64,000 nt of DNA from the human T2T-CHM13v2.0 reference genome, Homo sapiens: NCBI RefSeq assembly GCF_009914755.1, contig NC_060929.1; one strand, given 5' to 3'. The notes under the pieces are model-generated. The model saw only the letters and a list, made by a program, of their open reading frames with translations, did not search any database and was not told the DNA's origin. Of the stretch, positions 1-13,565 are shown piece by piece. A program made the position numbers and the translations under genes. Position 1 is the stretch's first letter; the number at the start of each line of letters is the position of its first letter.

Positions 1-527
1 TCTATCCACACATGTCAAACCTTGCATATCAGTCTGAAATATAGTTGTAGAAAATCTCAAAAATAATTATATCTCCATAGGTAGAGCTTTAGCTTTTATA
101 TTTATTACGAAGATATATGCAAAAACTGGCTGCTTTGCTTGTCCTCTAGGTTACCTACAAAAATGTACTAACCTTAGACTTGTTCATCTTCCTGATTTGA
201 AGACCGAAGATCTAGGGAGAAGACGGAGAAGGCATTTCTCCTGCAGTATTTGTTCTGGGTCCTGGCGGGGCTGCCCTCATTTCATTGGAGAGAATAATGA
301 GAGAGGAAGCAGAAGTGAGAAAGTCAGGAGGCCAGGGAGCCAGGAGAGAAGGCTCTTGATCCGTTTTTCTTCCCTAGAGCATCCTGTGATATTTTTTGCC
401 TGGTGTATTGGTGGTTATGAAGATAAAATAAGAGACATCAGTGAAAAAGATTAGGTCACATTTAAGCACACAATTGTTCAATAAATTTTCATTCACTCAC
501 ACATGCCGTAACAGCTACTTAACAAAC

Positions 528-1031
<504 letters not shown>

Positions 1032-1571
1032 CAACGTATTCCAATATTCCTTAACCAAAAATACTTGCGGCATTGATAACACTTTTATTGTAATTCAGAA
1101 AAAGAGAATTATAAAAACTTATAGATTTTAGCTTTAACAATCTGGGATAGAATAAAAATAGTTTGGGAGGTTATATTTTGATTAGAAAAATGTACTTTTT
1201 TGCCATTTTAATACCAAAAAAAGAGAATTATTTCAAGTGTTTAAAAATAGTCCAAGGTCTGACACCAAAAATAGAATATTTCATTTCAGAAAGAATGCCT
1301 TAGAGAAATGACGAGCTGCTGATAAAGGAAATGACTTTGGGTTTAAAGCAAGTATTTTTCTGTTATAAAAGTGATTAGGCCTTTAGAAATGTTTTCAAAA
1401 TGATATAGAATATTCACCTCATATAATGACTGTATCTTGGCTTTTTGTCAGGCTCAAGATCCAAGAGAACCAGGACTGGGTACAGGAATGGGAGAAAAGA
1501 AACTCTAAGATATTGTTGGTTTCAGATCACAGGCTTTACTGAAATAAAAAGGTTATGAGAACAATACAAAC

Positions 1572-1750
1572 CAGTGGTTACCAAGCTTGTGATGCCCATT
1601 GGAATCGCCTGGGGAGCCTAAAAAAATGCCAATGTCTGGGTCCTACCCTCAGAGATTCTGATTTTCTTGGTCTGGGGCATGGCCTGGGTTCCAGAATTTT
1701 TAAAATACCTCCAGGTGTTTCTGATATGCAGACAAGTTTGAGAACCACTG
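1572..1750. mobile_element. MER5B-like hAT-Charlie MITE
   Basis: Terminal inverted repeats cagtggtt...gagaaccactg and MER5-type internal sequence. Confidence 0.85.
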
Positions 1751-2499
1751 GCATAGACAAGGGATCTATTTGAACAAGTATAGCCTCCAAGAAGGGCTGT
1801 CTCCCTTTCTCTTTCACCAAGACAAGTGACCAGATTCTGGATCCTTGCTGTTCTAGCTTCATGTCATCTCCCATTCTCTGTATCTCTGCTTCAGTTTTCA
1901 CAACCTTCCTTTAGTTGTGTTCCTGCATCACATGGCCAGAAAACTTCCATTTATGGCTACTTAAGAACCTCCACGGGCTGGACTTTTATACCAATTCTAT
2001 ACTTCTATACTTCAGGACTTCTATACCATTTCCATACCAGGTGACATCAATAAACCAGGAAAATATGTTTCAACCACATTAATTTTTAGTAGAAGCCAAA
2101 GTGTTCAGATGGTATCTTTGAAGGATCACCAGGTCAGGAGCTGTGGTCTGAACTGCTCTGTGTGCATGCACCCATCATTAGGAGAGTGAGATAGTCGGGT
2201 CAAATGTAAACTTGGCTTTCAAATTGAGAAAAAAAACTTATCTACTCATCTTTACAACATACTTTAACTGTATTGCTCACATTGGAAGTAATGACATAGG
2301 GGCCTTTTAAAAACTAGAATTTGAAGCCAGAAGTATTTCATCTCCCAGGTTTATCTGAAAAAGAAAGTAGGAAATATGTAATGAATGTAGATTGCATACA
2401 AAATGAGATTATATAGAAGAGATATTATTGGCCTAGAATGACAAAAATAGCTTCAAGATTTAAAAGTGCTTTCGTGATAAAAATAATCTCACATTGTCC

Positions 2500-2665
2500 T
2501 TGGAACATACCTGTGTGATATTTTTATTCTTGTGTAATAGACGAGGAAATGAAGGCTCACAAAGATTAAGTGTCTTGCTCAAGGTCACAAAGGCAATAAA
2601 TGCTAGTGTCAGTGCTTGAACTTATATCCCCCTGATTCAAAGGCCACTATACTTTCCACTGTGCC
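2500..2665 (-). mobile_element. MIR fragment
   Basis: atagacgaggaaatgaaggctca...ttaagtgtcttgctcaaggtcaca core. Confidence 0.75.
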
Positions 2666-5600
2666 ATGACTGGAAGTACAAATCATGTCTAAATGTGGTT
2701 CAAGTGTATTAGGTTATTTATAATTTTTGCTTTTCCCTTCATTTTACTTATAACTGCCAAGAATAGACTTAGCTCTGTTATTAATCAGTAATTCAGGAGA
2801 TGTGTCAGTAGGGTTTTTTCTTTTTTTTTTGCAAGCAAGAGCAGGTGGCTCCAGATATATTTATTAAGTAGAATAATTTATTGGAATCATTATTCCAAAT
2901 AATGCAAAGGGAACCATTATAATCACATGGGGAAACAAGAGAAAAGGGGTTGGAAAATGGACACAAACCAAGGAGAATGCACAGTCTACATAGCTGAGAC
3001 AGGCTGGCCAGGATGTTGCCCTAGCCAACACCACTGATGGATGCTGCTGCCCTAAATGAATCCTAATTATCCCTTCCTCTTGGGTCAAACACTCCAGCTT
3101 CAAAGCTCTGGTACGAAAACCCAGTTGGTCATGTGCAGCTTCCTGGTTGCAGGGAGTAGGAGAGGAAATACTCTCCCCATGGAAAGACACTTCTTCTATA
3201 GTGGACATTGTACACCCTCAATACCATCAATAATGGGGAGTCCCTCAATAGGAAGAAGGATTGAATGTAAGACAACTAAAAAAATGGCTCCTGCAGAACA
3301 GTGTTTCAAAACTATACGTCCTTCTATTTTTCTGCAGTATTAGAAAATCTTGTAAGAGAGGCTTCCAAGGAAATTACAAGCTATTTTAAAAAGAATACTT
3401 TATTCAATCTTAATTTTAAAAATCTGTGGTAAATAACAAAGTCATTGGAGACTCAATCAATCTGCACACTGAGAAAAAAAAATACAAAACTTGCACCTGG
3501 GGAGTTTGTTGTTCGACATCTTCCAAATTAGGAGGTCTGTGGGATTACACTCATTCATTTTCTAATCTAGCTGCAGTCCGTGAAGAAGTCACCCCATGCA
3601 ATAAGGTCACAGCCATTCTAGGGCACAGTATGGAAATATGCTCCTTATTCGTTTGTTCATTCATTCATTCACTCATTCATTGGTTCAGCCTACATTTATT
3701 ATGCACTTTTCTGTGTCCTAGGCACTGAGGTTTCCAGCACCTGCTTCTGGGAAAATGAAGATAAAAATTCACAGATCCTGAAAAAAATCTTGTTTGTGCA
3801 CATGTATGGTAGGCTTGTTCTCACATGATTTTGAGCGTATGTTGCTATGCAAGAATTAGAGAGAATTTTTCAAACAACATAGGGTATTTAGGTAATTTAG
3901 AGAACTCCTTTATTAATAACATTGGAGTAGCATATTTACTAATATGTTTAAACAATGTTAAAATTTTTCATCATCTTGGAAATTCCCCTCCTGCTCTATC
4001 CTTTAGTTTCCTACCTGCTAGTTTTTTTTTCCCCCTCTCTCTTTTGCTATGTGCATACAAGCACAAGTAAAGAATAAAAATTGCTCATTGCTTATCGGGA
4101 AGTGCTATTTTTAGACAGAATCTTAGGTCTTGAAAGATTTCGTTTCATAAGTCTTTTTGGCATGCTTACTGTCTTTCAGAAAATGAAAAAGAAGGTGCTC
4201 ACCAAAGACAGATTTATACTTAAAGTTGGACTAATTTGGATGATAAAAACTGAACTGGAGCCGTATATGGGAAGAGCTAAACAATGACTTGATGTTATCA
4301 TTGCTTAAATCTTTTTCTGAATAGTGCAAGCACCACCACAATTTGTTGTAATATCCTTTTTTTTTTTTTCCTGGAGCTGTACCTGGGTTGTATCAGCCCA
4401 GTGTCTGTTTTCATAAACCCAAACAGAAGAGCCCCGTAGAACAATGAGGCTTAATCTGCAAAGTGTAGAGAGGCAGAATAGGCTTTAGAAAGAGCATTTA
4501 TTCTTAGGAGAAATTGTGTAAATACCGTTTCAAGTGTCAAAATAATAACCTTTTGTTTCTGGAAGTTGAATGTAGGAGCACCTATGTTTGCTTTTTTAGG
4601 TATTTGGAAAGCCATTTCCTTTTAAAAACAATAAGTAAAAAGAATGATGATCTAGTTTTCTACTTCCTGGTGAAAGTAAAAGCATCAGCTGCTAAAAACC
4701 TCTATAAATAATGAAACAAAAGTTTCTCTAAATTCTTCAGTTCCTGGAAACTACCCTTACATTTAGTACCCAAGTAAAATGACTTGAGCCCCCACCTCTC
4801 ATATTATTTGTGGAGTCTGTTGCCCCCACACACCCCCAACCCCCTTTTCAGGCCATTCTTCTCTAGTGTATTTGGGTAGCGGAGGGCCTGTCCCACATTC
4901 ACTGCTGAGTCAGCCCATGCTGCAGCCTGAATCCCTAGCATAATCACACTACCCCTTCAGTATTGTTTGCAGCTCTGTGCCTCTGGCCCACTTACCTCAC
5001 AGCCTCATCAATATACACATACTGATTGGAATCTGGACTGCCACTCTTGTGCCTTCATTTCCGAGGGCATTGCTCACACCAGGCTGTTGTTACCAGTCCA
5101 TCTCCCTTTCTGCCAAACAGCTTCTGGATGCCACCCCTGAGAACTCTTCCCTCTTGCTATGGCCCAGGTGATGACCATACCAGCTTCTCAGTTGGACCAC
5201 CTAGGTAGTCCCTTCATTTCTTCCCTCTTGAGTGGACCTTCATCTTCCACCTGCATTCAGAAATTCTCTTCTCTTTGCTCCTGAAACATCTAGAGCTGAG
5301 AGAGACTGATGTGGTTGGTGATACTCAAACTCAGCCAGAATGAGTTAGGCCCTGTCCCTGTCTATACTAATGAATAAGAAGCTTTGAAGACTCTAATGCT
5401 AGATCTTCAGGTAAATGGCTCTATTTCCCAGACTACATGAGCTTTGGAAAGCATATTTCATGAGTTCCATAAATATCTCCCAGAACACGAGTTCTTAAGT
5501 TTTTCTGCATACTAAAATCACCTGTAAATCTTTAAAACTCCTAATGCTCAGGCCACGACCCACATCAATTGGGACCACCTGGGGGGTGGGATCGAAGCCC

Positions 5601-5889
5601 TGCCCCTGAGGTGATCCCAATGGACAAAAAAAGTTATGAACCCCTGCCCTAGAAAGTGGCAGGATGAGGAATTAAACATAAAGATCATCACCTCATATTT
5701 TTCTTCCATAAATAAAGTATGTACAAGAGACCCAGATTTTAACAACAATTTCACATACATTCAAAGCTTTATGCCTCTTTGTATTTTGATACAGTGAAGT
5801 AAAACTCCGTTAGAAGTTTAAACGTTATGCCAACCTTCTCCCTCCCCACCTCATGTCTATTTCTAAGCTACAACTATTTATTCTACAAT

Positions 5890-7290
5890 TATTCCTTCAA
5901 CAAAGATGTATTGAGTACCTACTATGTACCAGGCACTGGGGATACCCCAGGAAATAAAGCAGACATGACTTACACTTGTGAAATTTATTTCTGCCAGAGG
6001 GGACATATGATAAATAAGAAAGCAAATAAATAAACAAGATTATTACAAAAGTGGGATGTGTATAAGGACAGTAATAGAAAAAGGATAATATGAGAGCAAG
6101 TGTGCTGCATCTGTGGGTGGAGGAAAAGAGCAGCTGATTCAGGTACCCAGGAAAGTCCTTTTTGGGAAGATGACATTTGGGGTGAGATCTGAATGGTAAA
6201 GGAGCCAGCCATGCGAAGATCTGGGGCAGAGCATGCCAGGCAGAAGGAGGAGTGAATGCAAAGACCCTGAGGCAGGAACGAACTTGGCTAGTTCCAGAAC
6301 CTGACAGACTGGTGTGGTGAGAGGCAGGAAAGCAGGACAAGACAAGGTCAGGAAGGAGTTAGCAACCAGCCTGGCAGGGCCTCGCTAGGTCACAAGAAAG
6401 AGTGGATTTGATTTAAAATGCAGTGAAAAGCCACTGGAGGATGAGATTTATGTTTTTAAGATGTGTAAGAAAAGACTGTACAGGGCAATAGAGGAATTCG
6501 TCCCTTGGGTAATAGTTGCTTGTTTTAGAGGTAAGCAACTGTTTAGAGGTAAGACCAGCAGAATTTGCAGAAGGGTTGCAGCTTGGAGGGGCAGTGATGA
6601 GGATGAGGGAAAGGGGAGAATCAGAAACAAGTCGGTCTGAGTAACTGATTTGATGGTGGTGCTGTGCCATGAAACAGGGAGGTCTAGGTGAGGTACCCTT
6701 TGGCAGATGAGAGAGCAAAAAATCAAAAGCTGTGTTTGAACATAATAACTTGGTGATTCCTTTCAGCATCCATTAATACCCATTAAAAGATAATGTCCAT
6801 TAGGACAAATCTGGAGCTCAAAAGAAAGGTCAGGGCTATAAATTTAAATATGGAAGGCACTGGCATAGAGGTGGTATTTAAAACTTTCGGACTGGATGAG
6901 TTCATGTAGGGAGATGATGTAGATAGAAAACAAAGGAGAGCTAGGGGCTGGGCACTGAGGTGCTCTCTTAAAACCTAGGAAGAAAAGGAAGATCCAGCAA
7001 AGGCGACTGAGTAGGGGCCAGGGATTTAGGGTGATAGGGCCCTGGGTGTCAAGAGAAAAACTGTCTCAGATGGAAGGTGAGACAGTTTTGCCAATGCTGC
7101 TGAAATGTCCAATAAGATAAGGACAGAGGGACCAGTGAATTTTGTGAGAGAGGTTCTTGGTGACCTTGACATGAGCAGCCAGAGGAGCACTGGGAACAGA
7201 AGTCTGGATTGGAGGGCTGAAGAGAAAGTGAGATGTGAGGACGTGGAGGCAGTGGCTATTGGCCCATCTACCAAGAGCTTCTGCTCTTCA
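5890..7290 (-). mobile_element. L2 LINE 3' portion
   Basis: ttccttcaacaaagatgtattgagtacctactatgtaccaggcactg is the antisense L2 3' end, followed by typical purine-rich L2 body. Confidence 0.85.
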
Positions 7291-9109
7291 TGGAAACATG
7301 TACTTATTCCCTATCCTGATCTAGACCTCTGAATATACAGATCTATTAAAGTATGCACATTTTTCTTCTTAAAGAACAAGTGTATACACTAGATGCCTGA
7401 TCTCAGCTTAAATATACTCAGTGCATCCCGTGTTTGACCTAATGGCTACAAGAAACTTGAAACATGAATGAATGCTAAGGAGAGGATTAGCTCTGCTCTC
7501 ACCCCATGCAGGAATAACTTCTGGAAAGATGCTCCCTCCCAGCCCCACCTCTTCAGCTAACCATCATAAATAATCAAAGAGAAAAATATATGATCCCCTT
7601 AAAATGCCTATAAAGAAAGAAAGAAAGGTTGATTATTAAATGACAGGAAAGGTTATCCAACATAGAGAGCTTCAATTTTAAGTAGCACAAAGTAACACTT
7701 TCTCACATTCCTATTCAACTTAAAACCTGAATAAATTCAAATAGCTTTTAGCTGAACTAGATTTTCACTCTCCTTCCATAGCAGACAGGAAGACATACAT
7801 CCTCCTTTATGGAGATTAAATGGTCCTGCCAATATCTTTTAGATTATGACCTCAAGAAGCAACGGAATATTTGGCCAGTTATTGTCAAAGGAGCAGCTTA
7901 ATATCAGCTTTGAAAAAGGTAAAAATCTACTTTATTGGAAGAAAGTCTTGGGAATCAAAATGGGTAACACAGAAAGTCTTGAAAAGACTTAGTTGTCTGG
8001 GGTGTCTATGTAGACAAGCCCTTCGGGGTACAATTGTGATGGAAATAAATTACTCTACAGGTGCCAATTTAAGTCTGTATTTTGCACAGAAGGATAATTT
8101 GTCACTCTCAAAGTCAAAATACAGTAGTCTTGCCCTGTGTAGCAGGACTTTCAGAACTGAAGTCCAGAAGTCTCTTTGGGTAGGTAATATCCTCATTAAA
8201 CATCAAGGAACAGACAAAAAGTAGCTCATGATATTGGGGCAGGGCTGAGTTTGAAGACAGAAGCCCATAGCCGTACCAGTAAAGGGAAGATATTTCTGAT
8301 TTCTGTAGACAAACTTCAACTGGGAGCAAGAGCTTGTGAGTACAGTGAGGAAGTGGAGAGCATATGGGAAATTCTGAGAGGGACTATGTGAGAAATCCAA
8401 TGAGCATCAGATATCTCAGGTCAGGGAGCATAAAGAAAAAGAAATTATGTTAACTAGGGTGATTATGTTCCTTATGGTGTTTATTGTCGCACGCGTTCAC
8501 AATAAAAAATCCAAATACCTTTAGTAACAGTAATAGTTGTTCTTATAGGATGAAAATCTTCATCCTATTTACATGTATCCCTGCAATTCAGTGTGCAAAT
8601 CACAGACATTACTTTCAAAACAAAATGTATCAATAACATAGAATACCTACACTTCAGGTGCTAAAGGTATTCTTTTAACTGACCTTCACTTACGTGAGTC
8701 ACTGGATTAAGGGAAACTTTCCATTCCCTCTGTGAAACCTATTGACTAATGCCTTGTTTAGCAAGCTACTTCTAGTACCAGATATGGACTTCTGACCCAC
8801 CCATTCAGTTGTATGCTTACCAAGAGTCAGCTATGCTGGTTTCCAAACCTGTTTTTGCCACATTTTGATTAGGTGATTTGATGAAATAGGAGGGAAAAAA
8901 GAGCTGTTAACATAAAAATTAATTTGATGAGCTAGTAAGAAAAAAAAATGCTATCAAATTTGGTGTGGCCAAGGTAACTATAAAAGACTGTGACAAATAA
9001 TCATAAAATTCCAGAATGATTCTGCACTAGGTGTGCATTGCAAGTATCTTCAAGTTTCTTCTAGACTTTAAAGAAATTAAAACTGGAAATTGGAGATGAT
9101 GTTTTATGT

Positions 9110-9145
9110 GTCGCTTCTCAGCCTTTTGGCTAAGATCAAGTGGAG
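9110..9145 (+). pseudogene. 3'-truncated U2 snRNA retrocopy (U2 nt ~1-36)
   Basis: gTCGCTTCTCaGCCTTTTGGCTAAGATCAAGTGgAG versus the U2 5' end ATCGCTTCTCGGCCTTTTGGCTAAGATCAAGTGTAG. Flanked by ~19-bp direct repeats. Confidence 0.93.
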
Positions 9146-9224
9146 ATGATGTATAATGAGTATGGTTCTTGCCAGATGAAGAACTCCAACCAGTGGATTC
9201 ATACTCAAAGAGAAGGTCTTAGTC

Positions 9225-9440
9225 CAGGGGTGTCCAATCTTTTGGCTTCCCTGGGCCATGTTGAAAGAATTCTCTTGGGCCACACACAAAATATTAACAC
9301 TAATGATAGCTGATGAGCTAAAAATAAAAATCGCAAAAATAAATCTCATAATGTTTTAAGAAAGTTTACAAATTTGTGTTGGGCCACATTCAAAGCCTTC
9401 CTGGGTCACTTGTAGCCCTTGTCCGCGGGTTACAAGCTTG
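9225..9440 (+). mobile_element. MER30 hAT-Charlie element
   Basis: caggggtgtccaatcttttggcttccctgggcc start; ctaatgatagctgatgagctaaaa; ends acaagcttg. Confidence 0.9.
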
Positions 9441-10518
9441 GTTTAGGCTATCACCAGAAGACTGGTAGGTCAATGTATAATTATGTGTCTCAATTTAAAA
9501 TAAGTTTAAGATATATAGTTAGCGTTGAATTTTTAACCACCCAATTACCTGTCTTGGTAAACTGGGTAGGAGAGTTTTTACTGTACCTGCTAGGGATGTT
9601 CACTTTGGGCTCTCTAAGCTTTACCTCTCCCCAGAAACTTGGCTAAAATCATGGTATTCAAGAGAAAGAGCCTAGGAATGTGAGTTTCTCTAAGTTCTAT
9701 TCCTGGATCAAGACAGAGCCCCAGAAAGCTACATCATGGACCATTTTGCTTTAGATTATGATAGAAATTCCTTCACAGAGACATGATTTTAGTGTTAGAC
9801 TCTTGACTTTCATTGATGATCCAGGGAAGAGTCTGTCATATGAAGAATATCTCTGCCTGCTCTGCTATGCTGCTAAAAGCATTCCATTATGCTATTCAAA
9901 GCCTGATAAATGAAGATCCATATGACAAACTTCTCTTAGTGCTAAAAATCTGCAGGCAGCCACATGGGAACACTGGGAAGAGTGGAAAAGACAGGAAAGA
10001 AAGAGGAAAGAACTCATAACCCTAGACAGAACTAATGTTTCATCCAAGTAAATAGAAAGCTCTTTTTTTAACCTCTTCTTTAACTTGTTTTCTTATGGAT
10101 TTATGAATTTTAAAGTTGATAAACCTAAGAAGTATGCATTATTTTACCTACTTAGTGGAAACCATATACATAGCTAATTTTAATTAATATTATTATCAAA
10201 GATATGAATGCTTTTATAAAACAATCTTTAACTTTTTTCTGTCTCCCTAATTTTAAAAATTGGCTTAACTTACACACAATAAAATTCATTTTTTGTTGTA
10301 CATTTCTATGAGTTTTGACAAATGTGTAGAGTTGTATAACCACTACCAACATCAAGATACAGAAGAGTTCCATCACCCCCAAAACATTCTCTCATGTTGC
10401 CACTTCATAGTCAATCCCTTCCCCTTTTCATAGCCCCGGCAAACTCTGATCTGTATTTTGTTCCTACTATTTTGTCTTTGTTTTGCCTTTGTTTTGTCTT
10501 TGTCAAAATATCATCTAA

Positions 10519-10925
<407 letters not shown>

Positions 10926-11557
10926 TAGCCTAATTCATTTGAGATTCCACTCGATTCTACTTGAGATTCATCCACATTGTTGAATGCACATTCTTTTTTA
11001 TTTGTTCTGTAGCATTCTGTTGTGCAGCTGTGCCCCAGTTTGTTTATCTATTCACTCTCAGTTGTTTCCAGTTTTAATGACATCTTCAGTACTACATATT
11101 GTTAGCTTTTGTTTGCTTTGCCCATTTTAAAAGTGTAGAGAGATATCTTGTGTTTTTAATTTGCGTTCCCCTAATGACTCGAGATGTGAAGAATCTGCTT
11201 ATGTGCTATTTAGCATTCATCACCTTCTTAGTGAAGTGTCTGTTTAAGTCTTTGGCTTATTTTTCATTGGTTTGTTTGTTTTCTTACTATTGAGTTTTGA
11301 GAGTTCTTTATATATTCTGGATATGAGTCATTTGTCAGATATGTAATTTCATATTTTTTCCCAGTTTGAGATTTGTATTTTCATTTTCTTAACAGTGTTT
11401 TTCACAGAGCAAATTTTTAAAAATTTTGATAAACTAAAATTTACCAATTTTTGTCTATTATGGATTGTGCTTCTGGTGTCTTATTTAAGACCTCTTTGTC
11501 TAATCTAAGGCTACAAAGACTTTCTCTTATGTTTTCTTTTAGACGTTTTATAGTTTT

Positions 11558-11857
11558 TCCAGGTGCAGTGGTGCTGGCCTATAGTTCCAGCTACCCAGGA
11601 GGCTGAGGCAGAAAGCTTGCTTAAGCCCATTTCTGGGTTGTAGTTAACTATGCCTATCAGGTGTCTGTACTAAGTTTGGCATCAATATGGTGACCTCCCG
11701 GGACCTGACCACCAGGTTGCCTAAGGAGGGGTGAAACAGCCTAGGTTGTAAATGGAGCAGGTCAGAACTCCTGCGCTGATCATTAGTGGAATCGCACCTG
11801 TGAATAGCCACTGCATTTCACTCTGGGCAACATAGTGAAACCCTCTTTTAAAAAAAA
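11558..11857 (+). pseudogene. 7SL (SRP) RNA retropseudogene, near full length
   Basis: Alu-like ends enclosing the S domain (actaagtttggcatcaatatggtgacctcccgg, ggttgcctaaggaggggtgaa, atggagcaggtcagaactcc), short A tail, heavily diverged. Confidence 0.95.
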
Positions 11858-12704
11858 TTTAAAGTTTATTGTTGTATGTTTTACATTTGAGTTTGTGAAC
11901 CCTTTTGAGCTAATTTTTGAACTAAGTATGATATGTAGGTTAAGTTCATATTTTAAAATATGAATGCCCAATGTTTCAGTATTATTTGTTGTTGAGGTTA
12001 TCTGTTCTTCGTTCAACTGATTTGCACAATTTTTTTAAAAAATCAGTAAAATCTAGTTTTAATGAAGATTCTTTTTGATTTTAGAAAATTTTAAAAATTA
12101 AAGAGAGTAAAGCAGAAAAATATTACTTATAATATTATCTCCCAAAGAATAATCATTGATTATATTTTGATATTTTCTGTAGTTGATTTTTAAATTCCTT
12201 TATAGTTAAATAATATGCATTTTTACTGTAAAAATAATGTGTTTATTGCAGGAAGTTTAGAAATTACAGGGAAAATGCAAAGAATAAAATTAAAATTACA
12301 TCCTCAAGTATATAATTTGTTGTTTTGTCTACATACATATTTTAATAAGATTGAACTCATGTTGTATGTACCACTTATAATCTTTTTTCATTTAACAGTA
12401 TAATAAGTAATTTGCCATAACTTTGTTTTCTTTTTTTTAACCAACCAAACAAGCAGCAGTGAACTTCCCATATCTTTAAACTTGATAGACCATGTGTAGT
12501 GTTTTATGGACTATAATAAAATCTCCAATCATTTATCATTAATTTTCACTTTTTTCAATTATAAATATGTGTCAAATAATCCTACATAAAACTTTATAAA
12601 TATGTCTGCTTTTTTTCTTGGTATAAATTTATAAAAGTAAAATACAAGTCAGAGAGTATTACTATATTGACCTCCAAAAAGATTATACTAATTTGTTTTC
12701 TTCA

Positions 12705-13565
12705 GTTCAAGTCCTCTGGGAACCAGACACTGAGATGAAATTAGAAATGCAAGATTATTATTGGGGGAACTCTTGTGAAGGATGAAGGGGAGAGAAAGCA
12801 GTGGGAAGACAGGATGGCTTTCATCAGGACAGACACTTATGAAAGAACAGGCAGAAGAAAGGAGGGAGGGCTACAAAGAGCTGTGCAGCACAAAAAAAGC
12901 CTCAACCAGGCCAAGGGGAAGCCCCTGAGCAAAGAAGACCTGCTAGAGGAGTCCTGCATTGAACAGAGTGACCCAGTTCTAGTGATATCACCATGCTTAG
13001 TCAGTGGCTAGTGATTCTGGAGAGCTCGGTGTTGGCATGAACGCTTTGGTGGGTGTGTTGGTCCATTCTTGCATTGCTATAAAGAAATACCTGAGACTGG
13101 ATAATTTATAAAGAAAAGAGGTTTAATTGGCTCATGGTTCTGCAAGCCATATACGAAGCATAGTGCCAGCCTCTGCTTCTGCTGGTGACGGCCCCAGGAA
13201 GCTTACAATCATGGCAGAAGGCAAAGGAGAGCCAGCATGCCACATGACAAGAGTGGGAACAAGAGAGAGGGGAGGGGGAGGTCCCAGATGCTCTTCAACA
13301 ACCAGATCTCATGGGAACTAACTGAGGGAGAACTCACTCATTACCAAGGGGATGGTGCTAAACCATTCATGAGGGATCCATTCCTATGATCCAATCACCT
13401 CCCACCAGATCCCACCTCCAATACTGGGAATCACATTTCAACATGAGGTCTGGAGGGACTAATATCCAAGCCAAGCCATATCAATGGGTCCCCAAAACGC
13501 AGCAGCTGTAGGTGGTGAGCTCACGTACCCTGCACAGCAGTTTCTCTCTTCCATGTCTGCCACAT
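12705..13565. mobile_element. Old ERVL-class solo LTR (LTR16/33/40-like) split by MSTB
   Basis: agacactgagatgaaattagaaatgcaagattattattggggg resembles these LTR ends; subfamily uncertain. Confidence 0.55.
13054..13484 (-). mobile_element. MSTB-like MaLR solo LTR
   Basis: TG...CA ends, gcattgctataaagaaatacctgagactgg, ccaatcacctcccaccag, 5-bp TSD gtggg/atggg. Confidence 0.92.

Larger units (their letters stand above)
8664..9583 (+). mobile_element. Tigger (Tigger13a-like) TcMar DNA transposon, interrupted by a U2 fragment and MER30
   Basis: TA at both ends (8662-8663, 9584-9585), terminal ...gagagtttttactg, decayed CENP-B/pogo HTH-like coding remnant around 9070-9220. Confidence 0.7.

Noticed and set aside
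8686-8722. AP-1 site (tgagtca) next to gggaaactttcc, resembling an AP-1/NFAT/NF-kB enhancer
   Set aside because: Lies in the terminal part of the Tigger element, is not a canonical kB site, and short motifs alone are not evidence.
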